NCBI GenBank assembly: GCA_951406725.2
Contig: OX597829.1
Span: 52,700,001 to 52,764,000 of the forward strand
Reading direction: 5' to 3'
DNA from: Octopus vulgaris
Taxonomy: Eukaryota
DNA: 64,000 nucleotides
How positions within the stretch are numbered: the stretch's first letter is position 1; each line of letters begins with the position of its first letter. Below are positions 1 through 11,090 of this stretch, piece by piece. A program made the translations under genes and the position numbers. The notes beneath the pieces are model-generated. The model had not been told where the DNA came from, searched no databases, and saw only the letters and a list, made by a program, of their open reading frames with translations.

Positions 1-319
1 TAATGGGTTAAAGTGCAAATCTAATATAATAAATGCTCATGCATAGAAAAATCAAAATGCCTATTGATGAACCTCTGTATGAGTACAAATCTTGTATATA
101 AATATATCGTGCATACAAGGGGGGGGGGGTCGTATGAAGTTATGTCTATTTATCGCCCAAAGTGACACATCTGCACAATCAGATGCTCCTGAACTAGTTG
201 CTAAGTATCCCATCCATGAGGGATCGATGCTAAATGTATGGAAACAATTGTAGTGATTAATAGAAATTTTCCTGTATATATTATATATATAAATACACAG
301 ACATATACAATGTGCCTGT

Positions 320-612
320 GAAGGTGCGTTGCTTAGTGGTTAGGGTATTGCACTCATGATTGCGAGATTGTGGGTTCGATTCACAGACCAGGTGTTGCAT
401 TGTATTCTTGAGCAAAGCACTTAATTTCACATTGCTCTGCGATCATTTAGTCAGCTGGCATGTGGCACCCATACAGGTAATGGCGATCTGATGGAGGGAG
501 TGAGCTTATGGGCAACACAAACATTTGATCACTATAAACAAATCACCTGTGAGGTTGTTCAGCAAGAAATTGTCGAAGCCTCATACATTGTCTAACGACA
601 GGAGAGTCCATC
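320..612 (+). mobile_element. tRNA-derived SINE (A/B box head, CORE/V-like body)
   Basis: A-box-like gcttagtggttag and B-box ggttcgattc, then tcttgagcaaagcacttaatttcacattgctc typical of CORE-like SINE bodies. Confidence 0.7.
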
Positions 613-699
613 ATATAATCATGAACTCTCCTGTTGTTAGACGATGTATAAGGGTTCAGCAATTTCTTGCTGAACAACCTCACAGGTGATTTGTTTATA
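533..699. repeat. Inverted repeat (fold-back of SINE 3' tail), ~79-bp arms, ~9-nt loop
   Basis: tataaacaaatcacctgtgaggttgttcagcaagaaattg...ggagagtccat is mirrored by atgaactctcc...caatttcttgctgaacaacctcacaggtgatttgtttata. Confidence 0.9.
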
Positions 700-706
700 T
701 ATATAT

Positions 707-965
707 CATCATCATCATCGTTTAACGTCCGTTCTCCATGCTAGCATGGGTTGGACGGTTCGACTGGGGATCTGGGAAGCCAGAAGACTGCACCAGGCTC
801 CAGTCTTATCTGGCAGTGTTTCTACAGCTGGATGCCCTTCCTAACGCCAACCACTCCGTGAGTGTAGTGGGTGGTTTTACGTGCCACCTGCACTGGTGCC
901 AGGCAAGGCTGGCATTGGCCACGGTCGGATTGGTGCTTTTTACGTGCCATCGACATGGAGGCCAG
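707..965 (-). mobile_element. RTE LINE 3' tail fragment
   Basis: Reverse complement matches the 3' end of the RTE at 39570-39744, including the (GAT)n tail; flanked by (TA)n. Confidence 0.85.
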
Positions 966-1003
<38 letters not shown>

Positions 1004-1728
1004 GCAATGGAAATGGACACAAGCAAAGGATCTACATTGGGTATGAAGCAACTATGAACTAAATCACAGATTGGGATTGCATCCTTTCTCAGAGAAGTTA
1101 ATGAAAGATCAGATTGGGTGGGACTGATGTTCATTTGCATACTCATTGTTGTTTTATTGGGTACTTTTTCATGCTTGCATAGGTCAGATAAAATCTCTTT
1201 AGGCAGATTTTTCTATGGCTTGATGCCCTTCCTGTGGCCGGCCCTCATTAAATTATATTAAATTAGAGTGTTAATTGGTTTGTTTCATTACTATAATATA
1301 CCATAGTTAAAAAAAAAAATTTTTAGCCAATACTGCATGTTATGATGAATATACATATGTCTACTTACACGCAATATGTTTGTGAGCAAAAAAAAACCAA
1401 AAAAAACTCTATATGCTTCATATTTCAAACTGTCTGGCAGCTGTGTACATTCTTGAACCATCGACAAACACACTAGTTATAAATCTACTAGTATTAGCAA
1501 CTAAAGTGAACTGTATGGACAAATTTGCATATTGAATATTATCTTGGTAGCTAGTTCCAATGTAAGTAGTGTATATCTGCATAGATTAGGAAGGTACACA
1601 GCTGCTTCTGACACTCCAAAGTTGATATAGGTGACGTATGTGTGTGTTCCTTCTGTCCATGAGCATATTTTGTATAAAGATGTATTTGTTATAACATACT
1701 GTGATGGCTAAAAGAAAGAAAAAAAACT

Positions 1729-1885
1729 TGTGCTATGCAGTAAGAAGCTTTCTTCCTGACCACATGATTCCGGGTTCAGTCCCACTGCACAGCACCTTGG
1801 GCAAATGTCTTGTATTATAACTTCTGGTCGACCAAAGCCTTGTGAGTGGATTTGGTAGTCAGAAACTGAAAGAAGCCTGTCATAT
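1729..1885 (+). mobile_element. tRNA-derived CORE-like SINE (family A)
   Basis: gggttcagtcccactgc...ccttgggcaa...ccaaagccttgtgagtggatttggtag...aactgaaagaagcc motif, repeated many times in the window. Confidence 0.8.
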
Positions 1886-1895
1886 ATGTATATAT

Positions 1896-2110
1896 ACTAG
1901 CAACTAAGTCTGGTATCACCCGGTCAGATTGGATGATGTGGCTGTAAAACCTGCTCTGCGTAAGCATTTGACTCGTTTGGACACACTTATGTTAAAAAAT
2001 ATTTTTAGAATGACTTTTTTCTGTCAAAACGCTAAAAATAACTGACCAACAAAAACTCGACCAAATCCAAAAATAATCCCAAATACTAAGCGAATAAGGA
2101 TTAACCTTCC
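1896..2110 (-). mobile_element. Possible non-autonomous Helitron 3' end
   Basis: On the minus strand a GC-rich hairpin-like segment is followed by CTAGT, as in the Helitron at 3408-3808. Confidence 0.3.
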
Positions 2111-2949
2111 CACTTCCATTGCATGCGCACACGCACATTTACATAGCCCCCTTTTACATACACACATATTCACACAGAATTGAAACGCTGATTTATTCTT
2201 CAGCGTACAATTTTCATCATCCCACTACCAAGTATGACAATTATTACCATTATTAAGCCTATTATCATTATCAACCTTATCATTAATGATACTACCATAA
2301 ATACTATTTTAATTATTTTTCTTTTATACTTTATCCTTTTTATGCATATTATTATAATGATAAATACAAACATAAAGTTTCAAATATAAATAAAAATAAA
2401 AACAGAAATGGCTTTACATATAGCAATCATAGTCAAACAACACAATACTAGTCAGCTTTTAATACTAAATCTATGATTCGTCAGGTTATTTGGCTTGGCC
2501 CTCCCTTTTTTCGCTAAGAGTGAAAGGTCTCCCAAAATTATTCTTTAAATTATTAAAAGAAAACTTCCCAAAACATCATAAATATTACTCAATATACAGT
2601 AAATCATCTATAAAATTAGCTTATTCGGTAACTCCTAACCTCGGGTCTATTATCGTTTCAATGAAAAGGGAATAAAATTAAATCTTTAAATGATAGAATT
2701 GATGATAATATATTTAGTAAAAAACATTAAACCTGATAATAGGAAAGTTACTAATAAGAATGATGATAATAATAAAATAACACACCTTATGAAATAAAAT
2801 ATGTGAAAAATATAAGATTGACAAATAATACAAATATTAATAAAGGTAGTAATAAAATGAATAAATCTAAAATTAACACGAATAAAAGTACAAATAGTAT
2901 AAGGGAGGATTCCAGCATCGAAACGAAGGAAGTAATGGATATACATAGA

Positions 2950-3180
2950 GCGAGGTTGTTGCCAGTGCCGCCTGACTGGCTCCCGTGCCGGTGGCACGTA
3001 AAAGCATCCACTACACTCTCGGAGTGGTTGGCGTTAGGAAGGGCATCGAGCTGTAGAAACTCTGCCAGATCAAGATTGAAGCCTGGTGCAGCCATCTGGT
3101 TCGCCAGCCCTCAGTCAAAATCGTCCAACTCATGCCAGCATGGAAAGCGGACGTTAAACGATGATGATGATGATGATGAT
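2950..3180 (+). mobile_element. RTE LINE 3' tail fragment nested in the Penelope remnant
   Basis: ctcggagtggttggcgttaggaagggcatc...ggacgttaaacgatgatgat. Confidence 0.85.
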
Positions 3181-3407
3181 ACTATTAGTAAACCCCATAA
3201 AAAATATAATTGTAGAGACCCTTTAATATGCCTGATTAACGGAAATTGTTGCCAGCAAAACGTCATATATAAATGTAGAATTGAAGCAGCAAATGGCCAA
3301 AACAAAAATATATGTTGGAAGTACAACAGATTTCAAACAGAGGTATAGAAGCTATCTGAGTTCCTTTAATAATCCCAAATATAAGACATCAACAGCGGAA
3401 AAGGATA

Positions 3408-3808
3408 TCTTTATATATAAAAGTAAGGTTGTGTGCTGTCTGTCTCCTACGATTTAGATTCCTAACTACTCCCACATTTTGCGGTGCAGTTTAACCAAAA
3501 CCGGGTATCTTATAGTCGTGATTCATATCGAGCCCTTCTGGGTATTAGCGCGCGTCTACGATGAGTCTACGATTTAAAAAAAAATTTACCGTAATTTTTT
3601 TCCATTTTAATGCATTTTTTCGCTATTATATAAGGGAAGTAACTCTCTAAAATGTCTACGATGTGTCAACGATTTAAAAAAAAATTTACCATAATTTTTT
3701 CCCCCTTTTTAATGCATTTTTTTTTGCTATTCTTTGGCTATAACTCTCTAAAATGCTTATATAGTTATTTCCCTTACAAACCCGAGCAACGCCGGGCGAT
3801 ACTGCTAG
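3408..3808 (+). mobile_element. Non-autonomous Helitron with internal ~100-bp tandem duplication
   Basis: 5' TC start after A3407, 3' hairpin cccgagcaacgccggg then CTAG followed by T3809; removing it restores the PLE reading KDI-TYKLSW; units 3555-3653 and 3655-3755 are duplicated. Confidence 0.8.
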
Positions 3809-4819
3809 TTACATATAAATTATCGTGGTCTATTCTTGCGTACGCTCCCACCGCATATAGAAATGGATCCACAAGGTGCAATTTGTGCTCCAGGGAAGCA
3901 TACATTATATTAAAACTCTGTAATCATTCCATATTTAATGAATTTACTGATGCAATACCTCCTTGTACACGTAGAATCTACTCCACGTTCTTAAAAATAG
4001 TTTTAAATAAAAGTTAAAATATAAAATAAAATTAACATTAAGCATAGTAAAAGGTCTTAATCCGAACTAAATAAATATATTGACATTTAATTTAGTAATT
4101 ACTTGATAATCCTATATAAAAATTTTGTGAATATGATGTGTGTATTACTAAATACGGTCCCTGCGATCCTAAGTAATATTTGATCTCGGACATCTAATTT
4201 CAAAATGACACGGGAATAAAAATTAACACGTTACAAAATATTAGCCCTGGTAGACCTTAACACACCTTTTAGCATAATTTTCTGGTCCTATCCATTAATA
4301 TGTAAATTAGATATTATATAAGTATAAGTTTTTTAAGATAATATAGAACAACAATGCTGCTGACGGTTGACCAGTTCTGGTACGTAGAGGTGTGTTTCTT
4401 TACTGTTTAATCTTCTCAAGAATAATTTTTAATTTCATTATACTAGATGTCTTGCAAACATTATAATTTTAAAGGTACTTACAAAAGAAATTTTTCTTAA
4501 ATTCAATCGTGTTTTATGTATTACATCGACATTTGTCTATTTATGTATATTTATTATGCATTCTGGAATTTTTATTTCCATTTTATTAGGAATATATAAT
4601 ATTTATTATAAGTTTCGAATGTGTATTTTAATTACGTTCTTTTAGACTCCGCATGTGTTGCCTCCATAAAAATATTATTTTGAATATAGCTCACAACGAG
4701 CACTGCATAATTCATATCTGTATTTTAATGGGAGTTACTGTTAACATTTACAAGCTCTTACCACACACACGTGCTATCATTACACACACACACACACACA
4801 GAATTGCGCGCACGCACAT

Positions 4820-4961
4820 ACCTATTTCTTTATTACCCACAAGGGGCTAGACATAGAGGGGACAAACAAGGACAGACATAGGTATTAAGTCGATTATATC
4901 GACCCCAGTGCGTAACTGGTACTTAATTTATCGACCCCGAAAGGATGAAAGGCAAAGTCGT
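4820..4961 (-). mobile_element. Meta-domain-like SINE (family B) fragment
   Basis: Reverse complement contains gcctttcatcctttcggggtcgataaattaagtaccag, resembling the MetaSINE/Sauria-SINE central domain. Confidence 0.8.
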
Positions 4962-5096
4962 CCTTCTCTTGCACTCCCCTGTCTTTGAAAGAACTTTTTC
5001 CCTTCACCCATTCCTTTCCGGTCATTCCAATATGTGACCTCGTGTGTATCGTTGGCGATTTTCTTTCTCCGTCTTCCCTTCTTTGGACTTTTTCTA

Positions 5097-5133
5097 TATT
5101 TCTGACAAAGAGCTCCGCTCGAAACGTGAAAAT
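5097..5133 (+). ncRNA. Degenerate minimal type-I hammerhead ribozyme motif (Penelope pLTR type)
   Basis: attt-CTGACAA-agagc tcc gctc-GAAACGT-g-aaaat: stem II gagc/gctc, palindromic ACGT stem III; core G8 appears mutated to A and the H17 position is G. Confidence 0.5.
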
Positions 5134-5235
5134 CCTCTTTTCTTGCCTTCCTTTCCTGAACGTCCAATAACACTGTACTTATTCCACGTCCTCGCGTTGT
5201 TTTTTTTTTTCTTGCTTGTTCATGTTTGGATTAAC

Positions 5236-5266
<31 letters not shown>

Positions 5267-6405
5267 TTATTTGCTCCCCACCACTGCTTGACAACTGTTG
5301 GTGTGTGTTTATACCTATGTAACTTAGTGGTTTGGTAAAAGGACTAATAGAATATGTACCGGGCTTAAAAATAATAATAAAAAAGTATTGGTGTTTGTTC
5401 ATTTGACTAAAAATTCAAGGTGGTGTCCCAGCATGGCCGCTCTCTGGTGACTAAACAATTGAAAGAAAAGTACATAACACACACACACATGCAGATATAT
5501 TTGTGTGTGTATTATATTTTGGTTAGTCCACGTTATCCCATACGGACCATAGGACTGGTTTCTCTGTGGACAGGATGTTAGTCCTTCGCAGAATTAACTT
5601 CTTTTTGCTAGCTGAAGGGACTGGAGAAACCTGAAATGAAGTGTTTTGCTCAAGAATTGAAACCACGATCTTACGTCCAATACCCTAACCACTGGGTCAC
5701 ATACCTCTGTGTGTGTCATGGGTATACTCGAAGGTTTAGTGACTTGTACGTTTACGGTAAACACCTGTGTTCTGAGCATTCTGCTGTACTCTGTCTCTGA
5801 ATCCATGAACCAATGTCTGGAAGTAGCTCTGTAGGCATTTCAGGTCCCCTCTTTATTTACACAACTTCAGACATGCACACAGCCATCCATTTAGGAAGGC
5901 GACGAAACCACTACACATCATGAGCTTTGCTGTAATTCTGGTCTCCGTGTTTCTAACCATCTTCAGTGCTCATTCTCGCTGCACCACTCATCCTCTCTCT
6001 CTTGAACCTTCTGACAATTTCCCAGCAATATCATTTCTCTCCTTCACAGCAAGTCGAATAGTCCTAGGGCTCCTGATCATCATCAAGTTAGCAATGTTTT
6101 GCTACAGCAAAATCCATAATGTTCACAAAAGAGTATGCCAAGCTTCCTTGAGTACTTAGATCTACCATCAAAGGCAATAGTGACTAACATTTTTTTTTTG
6201 TTTCACGCATTGTGTATCTAGGACATTATTACAGGATGCTTTCTTTTATAAGACAATAAATGTGTAGTTTTAGAAATATCTGGCTGCTTTTCCTCGTAGA
6301 TCAAAGGTCTATACAAAGGCTTCATCTTAAGCTTGCATACCATAGTGAAGGAGTTTTAACTTTATTCAGATGATTTTCTTTTCTTGAAGGGAGGGAGAGG
6401 AAAAG

Positions 6406-6785
6406 TGCAGACATGGCCCTGTGCTTTAGAAGTTAATTTCACAGTCAGATGGTTTGGGGTTCTGGCCCACTGCACAGTTCCTTGGGTAGATGTCTTGTAT
6501 TGTAATTCCAGTCGAGTCCATGCTTTGTGAGTGTATTTACCAGATGGAAACTGTACAGAAGCTTGTCATGTGTGCGTGCGCATGTCTTTGTGTCTCACCG
6601 TTTGAGGGAGATGGAAAAAAAAATCCCCGTTTGATAACTTGTATTGGTTTGTTTATGTCTACGTAACAAGTGGTTCAGATAGATACAATAAGCACCAGAC
6701 AAGATACGTTGTTAGGGCCTGTTAGACAAAATCTATCAAGAGACTGCTCGTGCATGGCCGTATTCCAATGACAAATAAAAGAATG
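6406..6785 (+). mobile_element. Diverged family A SINE with tail
   Basis: Degenerate head, ccttggg..atgtcttg, and tail gcatggccgtattccaatgac. Confidence 0.65.
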
Positions 6786-7140
6786 ACAGCGTTGTCCATA
6801 CAAATCGGTTTGAACTTGTTTGATAGACTGATTGAGGAGGAGGAGGTGGTGGTAAGCGAAACGTGAATTGGTCAAACGAAGGAAGCGAAAGATGGAAATA
6901 TACGGACGATTTTGAAACAATAACAATCGTACAGCAAGCTTTGCCCCTCTCCTCCCCTTTTTCCTTTCATCTTTATCAAGAAAATAATGAAGATATTCGC
7001 GGTTTATAAACAAAAACGAATTATCAAATTCATTTATGTATGCACGCAATCCACACGCACGCATGCATTCTCACACACGAGCGAACATATACACACATTA
7101 AGTTTTGGAGAGGACAATTCAACATGTGTGTTTAAATGTA

Positions 7141-7350
7141 TTTCTTTACTACCCACAAGGGGCTAAACAAGGACAAAGGGATTAAGTCGATTACATCGAC
7201 CCCAGTTGGAAACGGGTACTTTATTTATCGACCCCCGAAGGGATGAAAGGCAAAGTCGACCTCGGCGGAATTTGAACTCAGAACGTAACGGCAGACGAAA
7301 TACGGCTACGCATTTCGCCCGGCGTGCTAACGTTTCTGCCAACTCGCCGT
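7141..7350 (-). mobile_element. Family B (Meta-like) SINE
   Basis: Reverse complement: ggcgagttggcagaaacgttagcacgccgggcgaaatgc...gagttcaaattccgccgaggtcgactttgcctttcatc. Confidence 0.85.
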
Positions 7351-7983
7351 CTGTGAGTGTTTGAAGGCTGAAAAAGCACGTGTGTATGTATTTAAGGACG
7401 TGTGCACTTGTGTGTGTGTGTGTGTGTTTGAATGCTGAAATGCGCGCGCGTGTGTATGTATGTATGTGTGTTTAAATGCTGGGAATGGACATGCTTCTGT
7501 GTGTGTGTGTTGAAGGCAAGAATGTGTGCGTGTGGATATGTCTGTAGGAACGCCCGCGAATTTAAAAATAAATGTGGAAGTAGGAGGGGAAAAAAAAGAA
7601 AAAAAATCGTGAAAAAGAAAGGCAAAACAATAAAAAGAACTGTTGATTCCTTTTTGGGGAAAAACGGTGGATTTTTTTTTAAGGGGGGAGTTAACCGTGA
7701 CCTTCGGTAGCTTTGCTTTTGTTTCGAGAATTTCATATTAGGAAAAGAAAACAGTGTGTGGTTTGTGACCACATCGTTGACCTGAGACACAAAGTGATAT
7801 ATATATATAATATCTGCCCTCAGAAAAAAAAAGGAAATTAAACAGAATAATTGAAAAAATATATATATATCTATATACATCATCGATCATTTATTATAAA
7901 ATAATTTCAGAATATCTTGTGATATATCGATATATCTCATTCATAATATATATTTGTTCCGTTTCATATTGGTTAATTTTGAA

Positions 7984-8011
7984 ATGTTATCTGTCTCAAA
8001 AAGAAGTTTTG
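7984..8011 (+). CDS. Candidate internal first coding exon of the CEP170-like gene (MLSVSKRSF-G)
   Basis: gaaATG context, 9 codons plus G, then a perfect gtaagt donor at 8012; phase 1 matches the acceptor at 25883; preceded by non-TE sequence. Confidence 0.45.
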
Positions 8012-8135
8012 GTAAGTTCTGTGTTTAATCCTTTTCTTTTACAATTTGGAAGTTAGAACTCTTTTCGTTGTTCTTGCGAATCTGTATCTAGTTTTGCTTT
8101 TCTGTGTGTTTTTTTTTTATTTTTTGCTGTTTTCC

Positions 8136-8435
8136 GGGGCATTGCTATGTGGCTAGAGGTCGACTCTGCCTTTCATCCTTTCGGGGTCGATAAATTAAGT
8201 ACCAGTTACGCACTGGGGTCGATGTAATCGACTTAATACCTATGTCTGTCCTTGTTTGTCCCCTCTGTGGACAGTAAAGAAATAGGTTAGAGAAGCTTCT
8301 TCCCAATCATGTGTTCTTGGGTTCAGTCCCACTGCATGACACCCTGGTCAAGTGTCTTCTACTAATAACCCTCCTCAGGTCGACCAAAGCCTTATGAGTG
8401 GATTTGGTTGACAAATTGAAAGAAACCGTCGTGTA
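8136..8435 (+). mobile_element. Family A SINE interrupted by a family B SINE (8159-8284)
   Basis: The family A head resumes after the insert; ggctagag/ggttagag flanks resemble a TSD. Confidence 0.7.
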
Positions 8436-8699
8436 TATTGATATATATATATACGCAGTGGAACATACATTCTCATACAATCTCACACACATCTCTTTCT
8501 GTTTTCACGAATCGCTTATTTTTATTTACTTTTTGTGCATACATGTATGTTTATTTGTGTATATGTACGTGTGTATAAATAGATCTGTATGTGAATTAAA
8601 AAATATAAGAGGTTTACGGAAAACAATCTTTAGTTTCAGTTTTGTGGTGCTATCTTCGAAGGATAAGCCTATATGCCTTGCCTATATATTTATATAATC

Positions 8700-8960
8700 A
8701 TTCTTGGGTCATGCTCGAACCTGTAAGAACACTTTGGGTAATAAAAAAAAATACCTACACCCCAAGCATATTTGAACTGGTGACAAATTTGTATTCATAG
8801 ACATCACTGCTTAGCTCTTCTACTTCACACGCGTACGAATGTCTCGTCAGTAGAATTAATATATAATTTAAGTCCCGGTCACGTAGGTGAGGAGACGACT
8901 TTCGGAAAATTCACAAGGTCCGATTTCACCCCTCATAACTTTCAGGAAAATGGATATTAA
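8700..8960 (-). mobile_element. Possible Tc1/mariner-type DNA transposon end
   Basis: gatttcacccctcataactttcaggaaaatggatatt-type terminal sequence; recognition by appearance only. Confidence 0.3.
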
Positions 8961-9114
8961 TGAAATTTTATAGTGGGCTGGGTTTTATTTTATTTTTTTT
9001 AAATTTTTAATCGTGCCCGGGTGTTAAGCTATATATTAACCGTCAGTAGTTCATATATCCGAAAAACAATCACTCTGTAAAGTATTAGAACAGTAATATA
9101 TTTTCTTTTAGGAA

Positions 9115-9253
9115 GTTAAAAGTTATGATGGCCGGTCATAGTGACCATTGGTTTCACACTTCAGCCATGTGAGCCTGGCGAGTTGCATACATTGCTCAGC
9201 GCTTTATAGATGCAAAGCCAAGGGTCACTTTATGACCGACCATAACCTTTGAC
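9115..9253. mobile_element. MITE-like element with ~40-bp imperfect TIRs
   Basis: gttaaaagttatgatggccggtcatagtgaccattggttt vs aaagccaagggtcactttatgaccgaccataacctttgac. Confidence 0.65.
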
Positions 9254-9276
9254 TTTCTTATGTATGTGTGTGTATT

Positions 9277-9812
9277 CTAGCATACCCGTGTCGCTAACAG
9301 CGCTGACAGTTTTATTAATGATAGAAAATTGCCTATCAACAAACACAATGGAAAAATCCGTTGATAAATGTCATCAACCTAATAAGGCGATCTTTCGGTC
9401 GATTTCCGTAAAAAACTTTTTTTTTTTTTACATATGGGCTTGCGGGAACTTTTGAAGTAATATACATACATATACACATACACCGAGTAAAAAATTTCAG
9501 TTATCTCTCTCTTTCACACATTACTCTCTCTGTTTCTTAACACACACTAACAGAAGCACTTCACTTACACAACATACTGTCTGTCTCCCACACCCCATCA
9601 AACACACACGCACACACATGTCCATCAATGCTCCCATGCACGGTAACTTCAAAAGAACTTCCCTCGTCATAAAATCGGTTTCTCTTAGTCTCTTTCGCTC
9701 TCATTACTTCAAAAGTTCCCGCAAGCCCATATGTAAAAAAATAAAAGTTTTTTACGGAAATCGACGGAAAGGTCTACTAGAGACGAAAGATTGCCCCTAA
9801 TAAATATATGTA
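9277..9812 (-). mobile_element. Helitron-like element with internal ~76-bp inverted repeat
   Basis: Minus-strand hairpin plus CTAG at 9277-9305; arms 9386-9461 and 9703-9796 are reverse complements. Confidence 0.5.
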
Positions 9813-10126
9813 CACGCACAAAATTAATTAAAACACTTGAAGAATCAGATGCGGTTGTTTTGTCTCAGTTGAAGACATTACCCACAATAAGCAACTGAGT
9901 TACTGAAAGGCCAAGATTTTCGTGTGTTTGTAAAATGCATGAAATTCTCGCACGCACACACATAGCATATATACATATGGAGGAGGTCTTTCAGTTTCCA
10001 TCTTCCAAATCTACTCATAAGGCTTTGGGTGGCCTACGATATAGTAAAGGATATAGCTACTAGTACCGGAGATATATATGAGAGTGTGTGTGAGTAGACA
10101 AATGAAATAAGTGCTCTGAACACATT

Positions 10127-10209
10127 CGACTGCTAGAAATAGCCACCAAATCTTCAACTCACAAACGCTCTATTATTTGTTGTTTTGAAAATGGAAGTCA
10201 CACTGGCTG
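10127..10209 (+). repeat. Dispersed repeat, near-identical to 13457-13541
   Basis: tcgactgctagaaatagccaccaaatcttcaac..acaaacgctctattat..gttgttttgaaaatggaa.gtcaca.tggct occurs at both sites; diverged copies near 28545, 31080, 43250, 53360. Confidence 0.75.
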
Positions 10210-10238
10210 TTTGATCTCGTTACCTATCTAAATCAAAC

Positions 10239-10362
10239 AGTTTGATTCAAACTCCTTGATACCCCGAGTTTCATGCGTATCGCTAGTCGTTGGCCGTTTG
10301 GAGCCTGACAAGGACTAGCAACATGCTTAAAACTCAGAGTACCAAGGAGTTTGAATCAAACT
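10239..10362. repeat. Palindromic MITE-like element (50-bp arms, 24-nt loop)
   Basis: agtttgattcaaactccttgataccccgagttt...gctagtc / gactagc...aaactcagagtaccaaggagtttgaatcaaact. Confidence 0.85.
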
Positions 10363-10440
10363 CTGATCGATATATTTATATTATATATAGGCCATCACGA
10401 AGTATACCACACATTTATAGACAAATTTTCGCCTCCTCTC

Positions 10441-10472
<32 letters not shown>

Positions 10473-10539
10473 TGTATAGAAACAGCCTTCTTGTATATGA
10501 GGAAAACCATTGCTATAAAGAATTATTGAAATAAGTCAT

Positions 10540-11090
10540 GTGAGACCCTTTTATGACTCTTGAACCTGGCCAAAGACTTGCACATTCTATTGCATAATGC
10601 ACGACTGTGCTGGCTGGCAGAGGGAACAGGTGCCATAGTATGAATTCTTTTGCTATGCCTTTTCAATCCTCCAACTCAAAGGCACACCATTCCACATGTT
10701 CTGTTGTCAAACAATAGCTGTATCATAATTTACAAAGAGTTGATTTCTCTGATGGCTGAACCAGGCCTGCATGACTCAAACATTTTCTCTCACGAATCAC
10801 ACACTTAAAAAAGTAACACTCCTTCATCTTCCACCGGTTCATTCTTTCTAAGCCTTCTCTTGATCTTCTCGTGCTTTCAAACTTTGAACTGCAACTGTCC
10901 ACTCCTTTCGCCCATCCATTTCTGTCTTGTGCCTCTCTTTCCTAATCAACAACTGAAATTTCTGTCTGTGTCAGAGTAATTCTGAATCAGTCCTCGAGTC
11001 TCATTCTGGGTGTTTGTGCTGGTCTCTTACCATCTTCCAGCTCACCATACAAAAGTTACTTAAGGAAGCTTTTCGTCATTCGTTCTAACA
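10540..11090 (-). mobile_element. Degenerate RTE/BovB-like LINE C-terminal region
   Basis: Minus-strand CNRMCKSLARFKSHKRV resembles the terminal C2H2-like motif of RTE ORFs. Confidence 0.5.

Larger units (their letters stand above)
2440..4020 (+). mobile_element. Degenerate Penelope-like element (Naiad-type), RT thumb/linker and GIY-YIG endonuclease remnants
   Basis: Frameshifted peptides RQVIWLGPPF, KLFFKLLKENFPKHHKYYSIYSKSSIKLAYSVTPNLGSII, NCRDPLICLINGNC..NVIYKC, KYVG..TDFKQRY and YKLSWSILAYAPTAYRNGSTRCNLCSRE match the C-terminal motif order of Naiad/Chlamys PLEs. Confidence 0.75.

Noticed and set aside
6790-7064. CpG-containing stretch with gtaagc and a 129-aa minus ORF
   Set aside because: No recognisable protein or phase-compatible exon; could be regulatory but unsupported
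8811-8860. Minus-strand CTGACGA...GAAG with ttcta/tagaa flanks resembling a hammerhead
   Set aside because: No GAAA or helix III/NUH site; lies inside a probable DNA transposon end
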